Shown: in pieces, positions 26,138-39,169 of the stretch | Position numbering within the stretch: position 1 is the first letter of the stretch | How the letters are laid out: each line of letters begins with the position of its first letter | From: Podarcis melisellensis | Taxonomy: Eukaryota | NCBI GenBank assembly: GCA_964234715.1 | Contig: OZ174288.1 | DNA length: 64,000 bases | Strand: one strand, 5' to 3' | The notes under the pieces: model-generated | The model's database searches: none | What the model was told of the DNA's origin: nothing | What the model saw: the letters and a program-made list of their open reading frames with translations, nothing else | Program-made: the position numbers and the translations under genes

Positions 26138-26864
26138 GTAAGTGAAAGTGTTGCTCCCATGCTCTGAAATGTTTCTGAATGCCATGACTGAAAACAATAG
26201 GCAAAAGATTGAACTGGGAAGTGCTGGAAGCAAATCTCAAATGGCAGAACGCTCATTTATTACACTGTGTTTTCAATTCACTGGTGACAACACCCATCGT
26301 TGTAACAATTCATTCATTTCTCTTTCGGTCTCTTTCACGCAAATTATGCATGGAAGCTTCTGAAAAAGTATGCTTTGGTTTATCTCTGGACATTGTTTCC
26401 AGCCTCTCTGGAAACCGTTTTGAGACCTGTGCTCATGGATTTTCCAAAACTACCTCTCTCTCCCTTGCCTTCAGCAGAGGAGCACAAAATGATATAGCAG
26501 TAAGCTCCAACATTGCCTCCCTTGCCCCATCACTATCAATAGGGGCAGCTGATCTGAGTAAGTATGTTGTGTGTGTTCACTGGCACTACTTTAGCTCTGC
26601 AAATCTCATCCATCTCATCCTCTGTAAAAATACCCTGATCCAGAAGCAGCTAAAGGCTTTATTTGGGAAACTAAGATGGGGCAGAGTCCCTTAGACTGAT
26701 TTCAGGATAGTTCAGATGAACTGAGACCAAATTATTGTCTTGTGCTTCTGAAATGCTGTCTCACGCCTGCACAGGCCTGGTTCCTTACAGTGACATCCCT
26801 CTGACCTTCCCTTGTGTTTCTGTGTTACTATTAAACTACTGAGCCCTACTGGAAATGGGAAACA

Positions 26865-27150
26865 GAAGAAGAGTCTTGCTGACTCAAGCCAAACCCCCAG
26901 CCTATCAAGGCCAGCATTCTGTTTGCATAGTGACAAACCATATGCCTCTGGGAAACCCACCAGCAGGACTTAAGTGCAACAGCATGCTCTCTCCACTTGT
27001 GATTTCCAGCCAGCAACTTGTAATCAGAGGCATGCTTCCTCCAACAGCAGAGGCAGAACATAGCAATCATGCCTAGTAGCTATGCATAGCCTTATCCTCC
27101 ATGAATTTGTCTTGTCTTCTTTTAAAGCCTTCTGAGTTGGTGACCATCAA
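26865..27150 (-). mobile_element. CR1 3' fragment
   Basis: Reverse complement resembles 17955-18155 and 15150-15400. Confidence 0.65.
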
Positions 27151-29461
27151 GTTGGGAGGAAGAGTGAAAAGCCAGCAACCTTTGTTGCCTTTTAGTTACA
27201 TCTACCAATTTGCTTTAATCCAGGGATGAGGAACCTGGGGCTCTTCAGATGTTGCTGGACTACACCTCCCATCATCCCTGACCATTGGCATTACTGGATG
27301 GGGCTGATGGGAGTTAGACTCCAACCATATTTGCAGGGCTACAGGTTGTCCACCCCTGTTTTAATTCTTTACATGTGTACCATCCCACATATTTTCCAAG
27401 GATCTCAGAACATCTTATGTATGGTTCCCACTCAGTCTGTCATCCTTCCAACTTACAGCTTCCAGTCCTGCTTAGTCTCAGTGGCAAAACTGTGTAATAT
27501 ACACTGGGCCACTCTCTGGCATGGCTTATCCCCCAAGAAGCAAAGAGTGATTACATCTTCTCTCTCTCTCTCATGCACTGGCACAACTGTGTGACCTTCC
27601 TCTTTGAAACACACAAATTGAGGCTTGTCAACAGTTCCGCTCTTTAAAAGAACAGCCGTGTGGGGTCTAAAAATGCAACAGATCCATGTGTGTTGTTATT
27701 CTGCAACATCTGTCCCAGCTGTGCGGGAAATGGCCAAGGGATGGCCTTGCCTGTGAACAGAGGGCTGTGTTCTCCTTGCAGCTGGATGGCAGGAAGGCTT
27801 GGGACGCCGGGTGACCCATATTCATTTTGATTACAATGATCCCTAAGAACTCACTGGGGCATTAATATGGCTGCCATCTCTAATCCTCCAGGAATCCCAT
27901 TGTAACTCAATATTAAAGTTGCTAGGGACTGAGAAGGAAGGGGGAGAAGTCCACCAGTGTGGTTTTAGCGAGTGTCATGACGGTTTGGATAAGCGCTTCC
28001 ATCTGCATAACCCTTCCTATCAAAGGGATCTTTAAATAGCTCTGTTCTGTTGGGGTTGGCAGACTTAAAAATATTTTCCATGTGTTTGTGGGCAAGTACG
28101 CTTTACCCCCTGCTTTAATTCAAATTGTAAGGCCTTCATTGAAGCTGAGAGAGGCATTATTCCCTCTCAGGGCCCCCACCATACATCCTTAAACAAAAAA
28201 AGAAATCAATAAAGACAAAGTGTTCTTCATGACTCAATTGGTGCTCCTCCATTTCAGCACATCTGATTGCACCAGCATCAGGCTTTGAAGATGTTTACAT
28301 TGCATCCCTGTCTGGCTCTTGGGACTATCCCTAGGAGATTCCCCCTTCCCAAGATACACCTATCACCAGGCTCTCCCTGCACCAGGAGCAGGGAACCTTT
28401 GACCCTCCAGCTGTTGCTGAATTACAACTCCCATCATCACTGATGGTTGGCCATACTGGCTGGGGTTAAGGGGAGCTAGACCCCAACTGTATCTGGAGGG
28501 CTACTGGGTCAGGCCAATAACTCATATAGTCCAGCATCTTGTTCTCACAGTGGCCTACCAGATGCCCCAGTGGGAAGCTCACAAACAGAACCTGAGCACA
28601 AGAGCTCCCCTCTTGCAATTCCCAGCCACTGGTATTCAGAGGCAGCCCCGTCCCATGACACTAAAGCTAGCATATTCCTATCATGGCTCCATAAATTTAT
28701 CTGTTCCCCCTTGATTGTGCTTTTACCCCCAGACCAAGTGCCACACAACAAAGCAACTCTCATGAAAACTGTTAGAAGCAGCGTCTCCTTCAATTTCCAG
28801 CAGTGCTTTTTTGACTTAGCTGCTATTGTGGGGTGGAAACAAAGGGTCACTTCCTCTAAGAAAATTCATTGTAAGGGATGGGTTTGCCCTCCTAGCAGCA
28901 GTTTTCACTACTGGTAATAGATTGGTCCCTGCAGAAGACAATGGAGAAGTCATCTCCATCAGAGTTGTGTGAATACAAAAGTGCTCACGCTTTAATGAGT
29001 ACACAGTTAGACTGCTTGGGGTGGGGAGAGATAACATTGGAGGTGCACATGAAGATGCCACTTTTCCTAGGAAAGTGAAGGTGTTACTACATACTTGTTT
29101 ACTAGGCCATACCTGGAGATAGCAGGGACTTGCCTTAGCTGCAGCTATAACAACTAAATTTAGCCCAAATGTGTGAACTGGCCTTGTGCTTGAGTCTGCA
29201 TGTGGTGCTGTTATCTGTAGTGGCCTGTTCACATCTGCACGTCATTGAGCAAAGCTCTAACATGTGCGATTCAGCTGTATATCTCATTGGTTTCCAAGGA
29301 AATGAAAGTCAGAACATGTAGCCTTCACTTGTGCATTCCAGTGGCATTCTCTTGTTGAATGGAATACCATTCGAGTCATGGCTGCATTTGCAAAATGTGA
29401 AATATCTGTGAACACCAAGCAACAAACTTCTCTCTTCTTGATTTTCCCTGTTTTTCCACAG

Positions 29462-29571
29462 CACATTCAATTGGACAGTTCCTTTCCTCTCTAGCCTGGC
29501 CTGTTTAGTCCTTGCAGTAGTCATGATCACCCTGTATTACATACCACTAAGGTACATCGTTTTAATCTGGG
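29462..29571 (+). CDS. MCTP2: MCTP2 coding exon (second transmembrane region), 110 nt, phase 2-1
   Basis: ttttccacag acceptor, GTAAGT donor at 29572. (N)[36 protein letters not shown](G). Confidence 0.96.
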
Positions 29572-29608
29572 GTAAGTTGGTCATCATACATTTAAAGCAC
29601 TATGGTAC

Positions 29609-29719
29609 GGAAGGAAGTCAAAGCTCGTTTTGAGCAAATAATATAAGTTGCGAATATGTGTATTGAACTGAAATGAAATATGGAAAACTCAATAAAAATT
29701 ATGATAAAAAATAAATAAA
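29609..29719 (+). mobile_element. 111-bp retroposed 3' stub (L1-like) inside a palindromic MITE
   Basis: Exact 16-bp TSD taaagcactatggtac (29593-29608, 29720-29735), AATAAA and A-rich tail. Confidence 0.75.
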
Positions 29720-30584
29720 TAAAGCACTATGGTACCACTCTGAAGAGTCATTGCCCCCCCCCCCTTCAGCTCTGGGAGCTGTAGTTTGTACGGGCGCTGT
29801 GAGTTGGTAGGAGGCCCTTATTCCCCTCACAGACCTACTCTTCCCAGAGTTCCATGGAAAGAGGGACTGCTTGTTAAACCACTCTGGAAATTGTAGCTCT
29901 GTATGTTGTCACTGAAATATGCAGTTTTGTACAATTTCGCCTTGTATATATGTGGTTTTGTATACCTTATTTGGTATGTGTGAATATTGAAGGATAACTG
30001 TATTTCCATTCATATATGGCTTTGGACATTGCAAATTAGGTAGGTCTGCATTAAAAATGTGAATCAAACTGAATTCCTGCCCCCGTCCCTAGTCTTGTCA
30101 ATTACAAATGGCCCATGAATTTAAATTGTCACTCTCCCTAATGAGAATGCGCAGAATGGAAGGGGACACTCACAACTTGGTATATTTTGCAATGGGTCAT
30201 CCCCTCCCCAAGGCCAAAATGTAGCCAGAAATGCCACCCTTAAGTTCTGAGTGATGGCTATTCTTGCTTCTCTGCTCCCCCACCTCTTTTTTTGAACAAT
30301 GGGACTTTTCATTGCTGAGACAAGCCGGCTTGCTTTGTAATAAACCTCCCACCACTTCCTTTAAGGAAAGATGTTTGTGAATGATTCCACATGACAGCAA
30401 CACGTGTCTGGCTTGTCCATATTTTCGCACTAATTTTTTCTTGTTAAACTCCTCCTCCCTTTCCTGCCTGAGCAAGTAAGGCCTTTTATATAGTGTGATG
30501 TGTCTGTTTTATCACCGCCTTTTTAAAAAAACAAAAACAAAAACAAAACAAAACCATGTTTTATGTTGGTGTTTTCATTCGCAG

Positions 30585-30682
30585 GCATAAATAAATTTAC
30601 TAAGAAGCTTAGAAACCCTTACGCCATTGACAATAATGAGTTGCTCGACTTCCTCTCCAGGGTGCCATCTGATGTTCAAAGG
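30585..30682 (+). CDS. MCTP2: MCTP2 coding exon, 98 nt, phase 1-0
   Basis: ttcgcag acceptor, GTAAGT donor at 30683. (G)[32 protein letters not shown], the conserved MCTP C-terminal motif, visible inside ORF 30563..30952. Confidence 0.97.
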
Positions 30683-31721
30683 GTAAGTAATGAATGGCTG
30701 CGTCCAACAGAGACACCAGCCCAAAGAGCCACCAGGTGCAGCGCTGGAGGAACACACGGAAGGGGCATTTGGGCTAGAGCAGATAAGGCATCTGAAGAAA
30801 CCATAAACCAGGGTGGGAAGGGAAAGGAGGAGGCGGACACAGGAAAAGGGAGGGATGAAAACCCGAATGGAAAGGAATTGTATCCCCCAAAGTGCTCTCT
30901 TTCTAAAACGGTCACAGACCCACTTCTCCCAGCCATCTTTGCTCTGATTTAACATTATTTCGTTTGGGCTTCCCACGCTCGAAGCGCTTCCCTCACTCTG
31001 TGTCATGGGCAGGGCAGCCCTGAACTGGTGTCTGAATGGTTCAGCAAGACTTTACAACAGTATTGACCCTTAGACGCTGTTTAAGTTCTGCTTTAAGCAG
31101 CAAAATGTCTCTGGCTCCCGGTTTGTTTTAAAAGGCATGTGAACTTGACATCCTTTTATGCCATTTGACGAACAGCTCTTGACCAGAAGCATCAAGGTCC
31201 AACAGGCTAGTCATTAGAGGAAAGCCTCTGGGCAGACAGAATCCCAGTTTATCTCTGTTTGCTTCTGCCCAGTCTACAAAGTCATTAAGCTTAAGTGTAT
31301 TTTCTGCTCTTGCTGTCTGCACCAATTCTTTCTTGTAGAAGATGCAGGATTTGTACTGGCGGCATGCATTAATATTTATATACAGAAATAAGTTGCTTTC
31401 CTGTTTTTGTGTTTAGGTTGCATTTCAGGTTTTGCATTTATGAATTTTGCTTGAGTGGTTTCTCTTATCCTTGGTGGCCTTTGAGCAGGGGCAGTGAACC
31501 TCAGACCCAGGGGACGAATGTGGCCCTCCAGGCCCCTTTATCTACCCATATCCCCAAAAGCTTGGACTTCTTGCAATTAGGATGGGGAAATGCACTGGCA
31601 AGTGTGTGATAACTTTTGCCCTGATGCAGCAACATCTAAACTCCCTACCAACACATCAAAATGAATATTCAATAAACAGGTCATCTGGAAGCACCCTAAC
31701 AGAGACAGACAGTTTACCATT

Positions 31722-31870
31722 GCCTACCTTTTAGAAGACATCTGAAGGCAGCCCTGTTTAGGGAAGTTTTTAATGTTTGATGCTTAATCGTGTTTTTAAT
31801 ACTCTGTTGGGAGCCACCCAAAGTGGCTGGAGAAACTCAGCCAGATGGGCGACATATTGTTGTTGTTGTT
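31722..31870 (+). mobile_element. L2 3' terminal fragment
   Basis: aggcagccctgtttagggaagttttt...aaactcagccagatggg, shared with 9830-9930. Confidence 0.8.
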
Positions 31871-31878
31871 ACCTAGAA

Positions 31879-31985
31879 TTGTTGCATACATTTCCTATTC
31901 CTTGCACCAAGACAACATTTTGGGGTGGTTCTTTGTTGCATACATTTCCTAATCCTTCCACAAACACAACATTCGGTGGTGGTTC
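31879..31985 (+). repeat. Diverged 54-bp tandem duplication
   Basis: ttgttgcatacatttcct...acaacatt...ggtggttct starts at 31879 and again at 31933. Confidence 0.8.
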
Positions 31986-33306
31986 TGTTTTCGATTTGTT
32001 TTTTTTAAAAAAAGTGTGGAGCTGGAGAAAGGAAGATGTCATTATTGTGTTTTGACCTGGATAAATTCTAGATGAGTAGCTGTGTAAGTCTGTCGCTGAA
32101 GCATAAGACAGAGAGTCTCATGACACTTTAATTTAAATGCCAAAACACTTATTTTTGGAGGAGGTTTTGTACACATAGGACCACTTCATGAAATTCATGA
32201 AGCTAAATATGCAAAGACTCAGGTCCAACTGGGTTTGGGAACAACCATTTTGCAAGGTGAGACCTCCAGGTATAGGGCGGTATATTAATTAATTTGCTTA
32301 ATTAAATGCAAAATTTAAAGAGAATGATTGTATGCTTTGAAAGAGAGATTCTGTACACAAGTCAATCAATCAGAGTGAAGAAGGTCCAGTCACAAAGGGT
32401 CAACAGGACCGGGAACATCCAAGTTTAGATAAAGTTTGGCTTTACTGTGTCAAACCAAAACTAACTTGCATTAGTGACCTTGTGGCTTGCATTTAATGAA
32501 ATAAGGTTTTGTTCAGACATCTTGCTTTGGGTTTCCTTTATTGTTATTGTTGAGTATGTTATTGTTGAATATGCCTGAGAGTGATATTCAACCAAATCAT
32601 TGTGCGGGTGCAAGATTATCACTAGCACTAATGTATCCCACTTTGCTCCCCCACATGTCTGCCCTGCACCATCCCCAAATCTGCTCTGGGGGTTGGGGGA
32701 ACCCCAGAACAGATTTAGGGGGCATACAGGGGAAGGAGAAGGGAAGAAAGTTCCATTGCACAGCAATAATTCCTTGTGCTGATGGAACACTTCCCTTAGC
32801 ACTGCTCTGAATACAGCTGTTTCTCCATAATGGATGGAAGCAAATAAGAAATGATAATTGTAGACACTATGTTGAGTATTGTAAACAAATGTAGACACTA
32901 TGTGCTCCAAATTCTGAAAGAATTACACACTTGCCACATGACATGGTGGGAGGGGGTCCCATTCCTTTATCAAACTCCATGAAAGAGAACTAAAAATAAA
33001 ATGGAATGAGGCCTTTCTGCCAAATGCCAAAGTCAGGTGGAAGACCCCTCTCCCCGCCTCCCGCTCAGTTGCATCTCATTAGGAAAAAAAAATCTGGTTT
33101 TAATATTTTGGTTTTCAAGAAATGATGCATGACTTTTCAAATCCTTCCTGCAATTAATCCCCCATGTTACTGTGTTTAGAAAATGATTCATTACTTTTGA
33201 ACCTTCCTTAGTTTTTCCCTCGGCTTTTCCTTGGGGAGCCATTAATGCACAGCGTAGTGAGCTTGGGTTACCTTGTTGCAAACGTGACGTCTGTTTGTTT
33301 TTACAG

Positions 33307-33375
33307 GTGCAACGTGCTGAATTGAAACCATACAGTGGCTCTAGTCCCATTAGGAAGAAACGGAGTGCTCTGTAG
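33307..33375 (+). CDS. MCTP2: MCTP2 terminal coding exon incl. TAG stop
   Basis: tgtttgttttttacag acceptor. VQRAELKPYSGSSPIRKKRSAL*; the RKKRSAL terminus is the MCTP2 (not MCTP1) ending as I recall it. Confidence 0.95.
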   Translation: MQRAELKPYSGSSPIRKKRSAL

Positions 33376-35126
33376 GATATGAAGCTTGGAATGCGTCATG
33401 TGCGTGCACACACACATAGACAGACACACTCCGTTGCAAATGTACACGCAGGGTACCCTCTCCTGCCCTCTCCTGATCAGTCCAGTGCTGTGGTCCCTGC
33501 CTTGTGTCCAAGATGTTTCATCTGCAAGACATGCATCAACATATATAGATATATCCTGTGTATCTGACTCTTTCCCCAAGCACATTGATATGCCCCTGTA
33601 AGAACCAAATGAGAACTGTAGAACTTGGAATGGCTTTCAGTGTGGATTTTGGAGTAGAAACCATACAAGGGACTTCCTCTGATTTTTGTATCATAGAAAA
33701 ACAATCCTTCTCTTTTTGCTTCGCACAGCAGATCAACAAATCTGATATGAAATGTTCTGGGTTATTTTACTTTTTAAAACATATCCAGCAGATTGGCATC
33801 GAGACAGAAGAAAAGAGTCATTGTTAGGCCAAATGACAGTGTGTAGATGGTATTCAACTCTCAATTAGTGAGTCTTTGGTGCCCAACTTCGGCTTTAAGC
33901 AATGTACAGTTTGATAAATTGTTCTATCATAATTACGAGAAATTGCTTAGTGCTGTAGCAGTCTTGATTTTTTCTCACCCAGCAGTTGCTGCTGATGTTT
34001 ATTCATTTTAAACTGTTTGTACCTGCTGCTGTTCTTGGGAGGAGTCTTTTGCTGGCAACAGACTTCCTTCAATCAGCCACTCAACAGGAATACCAGAAGC
34101 AAATCTTCTCTGGACCCTATGGATTTCTGATTTTACCTTCTAAAATTCCATCTTATCAAACTCTTTGTCCCTTCCCGCCACACCTTAATCTAAAGACTTG
34201 CCAACACTACATATGCAAAGTATTTTTTATAACCTTATATGCATTGATTTGCATCACACCAAAGGAAATGCTATAACAAAAATGCCTGTGATTTTTTTTT
34301 TTAATGAGCTATTTTAAAAATGTGCAATCTGGATGGTGGTTGTGTTGCATTATATATTGCTAGTCGCAATTAGAGGACTGAAGTGACTTTTGAGTTCTAG
34401 TCTGTCTTGCAAACAGGGGAAATTATGCCTGAAAAGCAGAAGAGAAGAGAACACGGTTGTGGAATCCAGAGTTGTGTGTGTTCATCGAATCCCCTGAATG
34501 TATTTTAGTTATTCCTTTGATGCCACACATTGGTCAAGAGTGGAGACGGTGAAACTTTTCCAGCTAGTGGGCTGGATTCTCAGGTCACTCGACACCCGCA
34601 GATCATTTTGACACGTGGGCAGGGCTGCAGAACCTGCCAATCACCATGATGTTGGGTGAAGTGCTTCCATTGTCAAGCTGCATGGGCAAAGGCACTGATG
34701 ACCAGCTGATTGGCAGAGCTCTGTAAGGACCACTGATTAGACTGCAAACCCTACTTCCTTTGCCTACGCAGTTTGTCTTCAAATCATGTGGGTAAAGGCA
34801 CAGGGCTTTGCAACCACTGGCAGTCAGTGGATCAGCAGTGCTTCCAAGCCCTGTTTTTGGTAGGGAGTTTTTGTTTTTACCTGACCAAAACCTGATCATA
34901 AGACATTAGGTGTAAGACAGGGGACCATGGTTGGAGAAAAAAGCATTGTGGGTGAATTAGGACCCCCAGCTGGGTTTAATTAGGCTCATAGGCTGAAGGT
35001 TCCCAATTGCTGGTTCCCAAGAGCAGCCTTTTCCACTCTAGGCTGGGTCCCAGATGTTGTTAGACTACAACCCCTGCTAGAATTGCCCAGGGACAATGGG
35101 AGTTGTAGTCCAGTAAATGAGCAGTG

Positions 35127-35483
35127 TGTGCTGAAGGAGACTCTTGAGAGTCCTATGGACTGCAAGAAGATCAAACCTCTCCATTCTTAAGGAAATCAGC
35201 CCTGAGTGCTCTCTGGAAGGACAGATCGTGAAGCGGAGGCTCCAATACTTTGGCCACCTCATGAGAAGAGAAGACTCCCTGGAAAAACCCTGATCTTGGG
35301 AAAGATGGAGGGCACAAGGAGAAGGGGACGACAGAGGACGAGATGGTTGGACAGTGTTCTCGAAGCTACCAGCATGAGTTTGACCAAACTACGGGAGGCA
35401 GTGGAAGACAGGAGTGCCTGGTGTGCTCTGGTCCATGGGATCACGAAGAGTCGGACACGACTAAACGATTAAACAACAACAAC
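35127..35483 (+). mobile_element. Bov-B (RTE clade) LINE 3' end
   Basis: RRLLRVLWTARRSNLSILKEISPECSLEG...LGKMEGTRRRGRQRTRWLD, ending gagtcggacacgact + (CAA)n. Confidence 0.92.
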
Positions 35484-35651
35484 ACTTGAGGAGTGTGGTT
35501 GAGGAAGGCAAATCTAGAGGCATAATTCTTGCTTTGTATATGAAAAGGCTATAATGATTCAGTTCCCATGCAAGCCTTATCCTTCAAGAGGAAAGGCAAG
35601 AGGGAACATAACTTTTTAAAAAGTTATTCTTTAAAAACAAAGAACTCTGGT

Positions 35652-36040
35652 GGGGATGGGGGTGGAATGGATTCCGTTTGCAATTAAGGGTGAACCTACC
35701 TAATGTGCACTTTCTAAAACAATATACATACTGAAACACAGGCAGCTTTCAGAATTTGCATTTCTCTGAATACAAAAATGCATATATTAGGGGAAGGTGG
35801 GCATACGAGTGCATATATTAATGAAAATAATATACAAAAATGCCTTATACTGGGGAAGATTGTTTGGGAACATGTGTATATTTGTCAAAGCTGCATAGAA
35901 AAATGTGTATGTGTATATATTAGGAGAAACACTGGTGAATAAGGGTTTTTTAAAATTGCAAATTGCTGCTGAAATGTGGAAAGCAGAATATAAGATGGTT
36001 AAAGCAAGAAAACCAGGATTGACAGATTTATGCATTCCTA
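35652..36040 (+). mobile_element. Copy of the old hAT/Ac-like non-autonomous family
   Basis: ggggatggggg...aagggtgaacctacctaatgtgcacttt...gcattccta, similar to 962 and 11373. Confidence 0.55.
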
Positions 36041-36051
36041 CATGAGATGGC

Positions 36052-36399
36052 GGGATGTGGGTGGCGCTGTGGGTTAAACCATTGAGCCTAGGGCTTGCTG
36101 ATCAGAAGGTCGGCGGTTCGAATCTCCATGATAGGGTGAGCTCCCATTGCTCGGTCCCAGCTCCTGCCATCCTAGTAGTTCAAAAGAACACCAGCGCAAG
36201 TAGATAAATAGGTACCGCTCCAGCGGGAAGGTAAACGGCGTTTCCGTGTGCTGCTCTGGTTCGCCAGAAGTGGCTTAGTCATGCTGGCCACATGACCTGG
36301 AAGCTGTACGCCGGCTCCCTCAGCCAGTAAAGTGAAATGAGTGCCACAACCCCAGAGTCATTCTTGACTGGGCCTAACGGTCAGGGGTCCCTTTACCTT
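36052..36399 (+). mobile_element. Sauria SINE, full length
   Basis: tRNA-like head gtggcgctgtgggttaaa...ggttcgaatc, ctttaccttt tail, 13-bp TSD tacatgaga(t/c)ggc (36039-36051, 36400-36412). Confidence 0.93.
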
Positions 36400-36936
36400 T
36401 ACATGAGACGGCCAGTGTGGAATGTAATATCCTTTATGCCCAATATGTGAGATTCCAAAGTGGGTTTCTTCTTGACTAGCTTTAGAATACTGGTCTAAAT
36501 GGGTCTTTCTATGATCCTGCAAGCCAATTCTTACATCCTTAAGTTCCTGTGAAGCAGCAGAGTGAAGCAGGTGAAGAAACATCACACTGGGATGAGGACA
36601 ACTCTGGAAAGTTTCTTAGCAGAGGATGATTGAATTCCTTCAGCTGATCCAAGACTGGTTCACTGAAAGCTGTGGGGCATGTTACAAAGAAAGCAGGTCT
36701 CCAAATCCATATCTGAGAACATTTTTGCCTTGGATAGAAATATCCTGGGTCTTGATATCTATTTGTTATTCCTAGACCCACATGCATAATGCATGCCATG
36801 AAAATTCATACCAGATCACTTGATGTTGGATCTACTTGCTTTCCATCAGATGTATCCAGTTACTTTGAGCAGCTTTCTGTGGGTTTGGTTTATGGGAGAT
36901 TCCTTTTTTTATATACAGAAAACATTTTGATGGCAC

Positions 36937-36942
36937 AATAAA
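36937..36942 (+). terminator. Candidate MCTP2 polyadenylation signal (AATAAA)
   Basis: First canonical AATAAA found by eye after the stop, followed by U-rich sequence. No transcript evidence. Confidence 0.3.
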
Positions 36943-39169
36943 TATCAACGTGGAATATATTTTATTTCAAAGTAAAGGGTCATCTTCTTCTTTTTGCATG
37001 AGTTAAGGGTTTTATTTCATCCAAATCCAGCCAATATGTGTGTATTTGTGTGTTTGCCTCTATAGCTGTGTTCATTTGCAATCTGATCCAGTAGTGCCTT
37101 ATGGGGGAGAAGCAGAATATGTATGGCTTACCCATTGACTTCAGTAGAGGACCGTTCTCCATTTGTATTCCACTGAAGCGAACGGAGAAGGCTACTGAAA
37201 TGTAATGTGATGGTAAAACAAATGTAATAATCCTCATAGAGAGAATATGCATGGGGAAATATGGGCTTTGTCAGACTGGGGGGCATAAATTGAAGGGCAG
37301 TGTTTATTTGTTTTTTAAGAAAAGAAAATTCATTTTGAAAAATCCCAAAGCAGCATGAGGACGAGGGAGTTGCAAACAGGATGTAACCTAAGACATGCCA
37401 GTCTAAACATCAAGGAGACAGAGAAGTAAACTGGTGGGTTAAATAGACAGGGATAGTCCAAGAATGTGGAGGTCCCTAACTCTTATCAGTCTTAAACCAT
37501 GCATACCCGTCTTATAAAAGATGAGTTGCACGGAAACTTCCAACAAAGGAAGACCTAGCCATGGTGATAATTCTTCACGTATTTGAAAGAATTGCCATTG
37601 GCAATTTGTGTGGATTTCTATTGCAGTTCAGTACTTCTGAATCCTGCTCAAAAACTGTGGCATCCATATTAAAAGTCTGCCAATTTTTTTTGACAAATCA
37701 GTGGAGTGTTCCACCTGCAACACAATGGTTTTTTTCTTCATCTTTTCGTGACGATCATATATTCTTGCGATATCTGTGTCCTTGCAAAGCTTTGATGTGA
37801 AAATGTTGGTATTTTGGCATCTCTTCAAATCCCATAATGTTGTGCAGAGATAAATACTGCAAGCACCATGCCATACTATGGATATATTTGTACAACTATG
37901 CAGCCAGTGATAAGAATGGCAACAACCAGGTCTACAAATCCCATGATGCATTGTGCTATCGCATAACATGCAGCTGACAACATTGAAGGAAAGGTAATGA
38001 AACAGAAGCGGTGAAAATCTGAAAAAGCAGAAAGAAATATCTATGGAGTTCAGCTGAAATTTGAATGGCTACTGCTAAATTTGCTTATCATGGTTTGGAA
38101 GGCTATGCTGTGAGAAGTATGATGGTGACATCCCAGTTGAAAAAATTTGAGAAGCCTAAATTTGGTCAGCTCTCCAGGCACACTTTTAAAATGTGCTGAA
38201 CTGCGGGAAACATTTTTTTCAGCAAATTTTCCCAAAGAGCACCTGTGCAACGAAACAGCAATGTCCTCAGAGGCATCACACAGTGGCAAGTTCAACTGTC
38301 ATATGGTTTAAGCCTTGCTTTGATCATAATCCTCTCCCCTTCTTCCACTTTCTCTCTCTTATCCCACCCACCAATATGTCTTAAGATCCCTTGGGCACAT
38401 CTCAAACAGAGCAAGCTGCTTTCTAAGAAACAGAAAAGACTGGGGGGCGGGGTGAGTGAGGTGGAAAAGGAAGAAGGGAGGGGGTTTGGTTTTCTACCAT
38501 TCCTGGCAGTGGATGACTTTACTGAAAGTCAAAGCCATCGGCTCACATTTATCACTGCCAGTCTTCCTCTGCATATTTTTTTTTTTGGGGGGGAGGGGGT
38601 CTTCGCCATGCACTGTTAACGGTGATTGTCATGTAATTAAATCACTGCTCATCACGAGAGCCTATTTTTATGCTGAGATAAGCATCAGAAGTCTGCAGCA
38701 ACGTCCCCCAGATCAATAAAGATGTTCCCTGTAGGATTACAAATAGACTGGGGTTGCGCAGGGCACTAGAATTAATTAGAAATTATTTCTCTTTTTCTTC
38801 CCCCCCACTTTCTACTTTCAATACATTTTTAATTGTTTATCCATTTTCAATGGTCCTTTAGGGGGGGAAAAAATCCTCACCTTTAGTTTTTGGTAGTGAT
38901 TTTTTGCCTATGATATCCTAGGCCCTGGGCATTTTCTTGCCCAGGATGGGGCGAAGTGCAGTCCAGTGAAAAAAGATGTGAGTAGATTATAAAGTCAACA
39001 GTGGTGGCTGCTGTCTCCTAAAATTGAAGATGCCATAATTCCCACTCTGCCAAACCATGCCTACCACAGCCCCAGTCATTCAAAGCTCCACCTCCTTCCT
39101 TTGTCCCAGCCTCCCCTCAGAAGCTCCTCTAATCAGCCTTGTTTACAATCCCATCTACCATATCTGCAG

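Noticed and set aside
30563-30952. 129-aa ORF as a standalone gene
   Set aside because: Only 30585-30682 is exonic; the rest is intron read-through past a GTAAGT donor.
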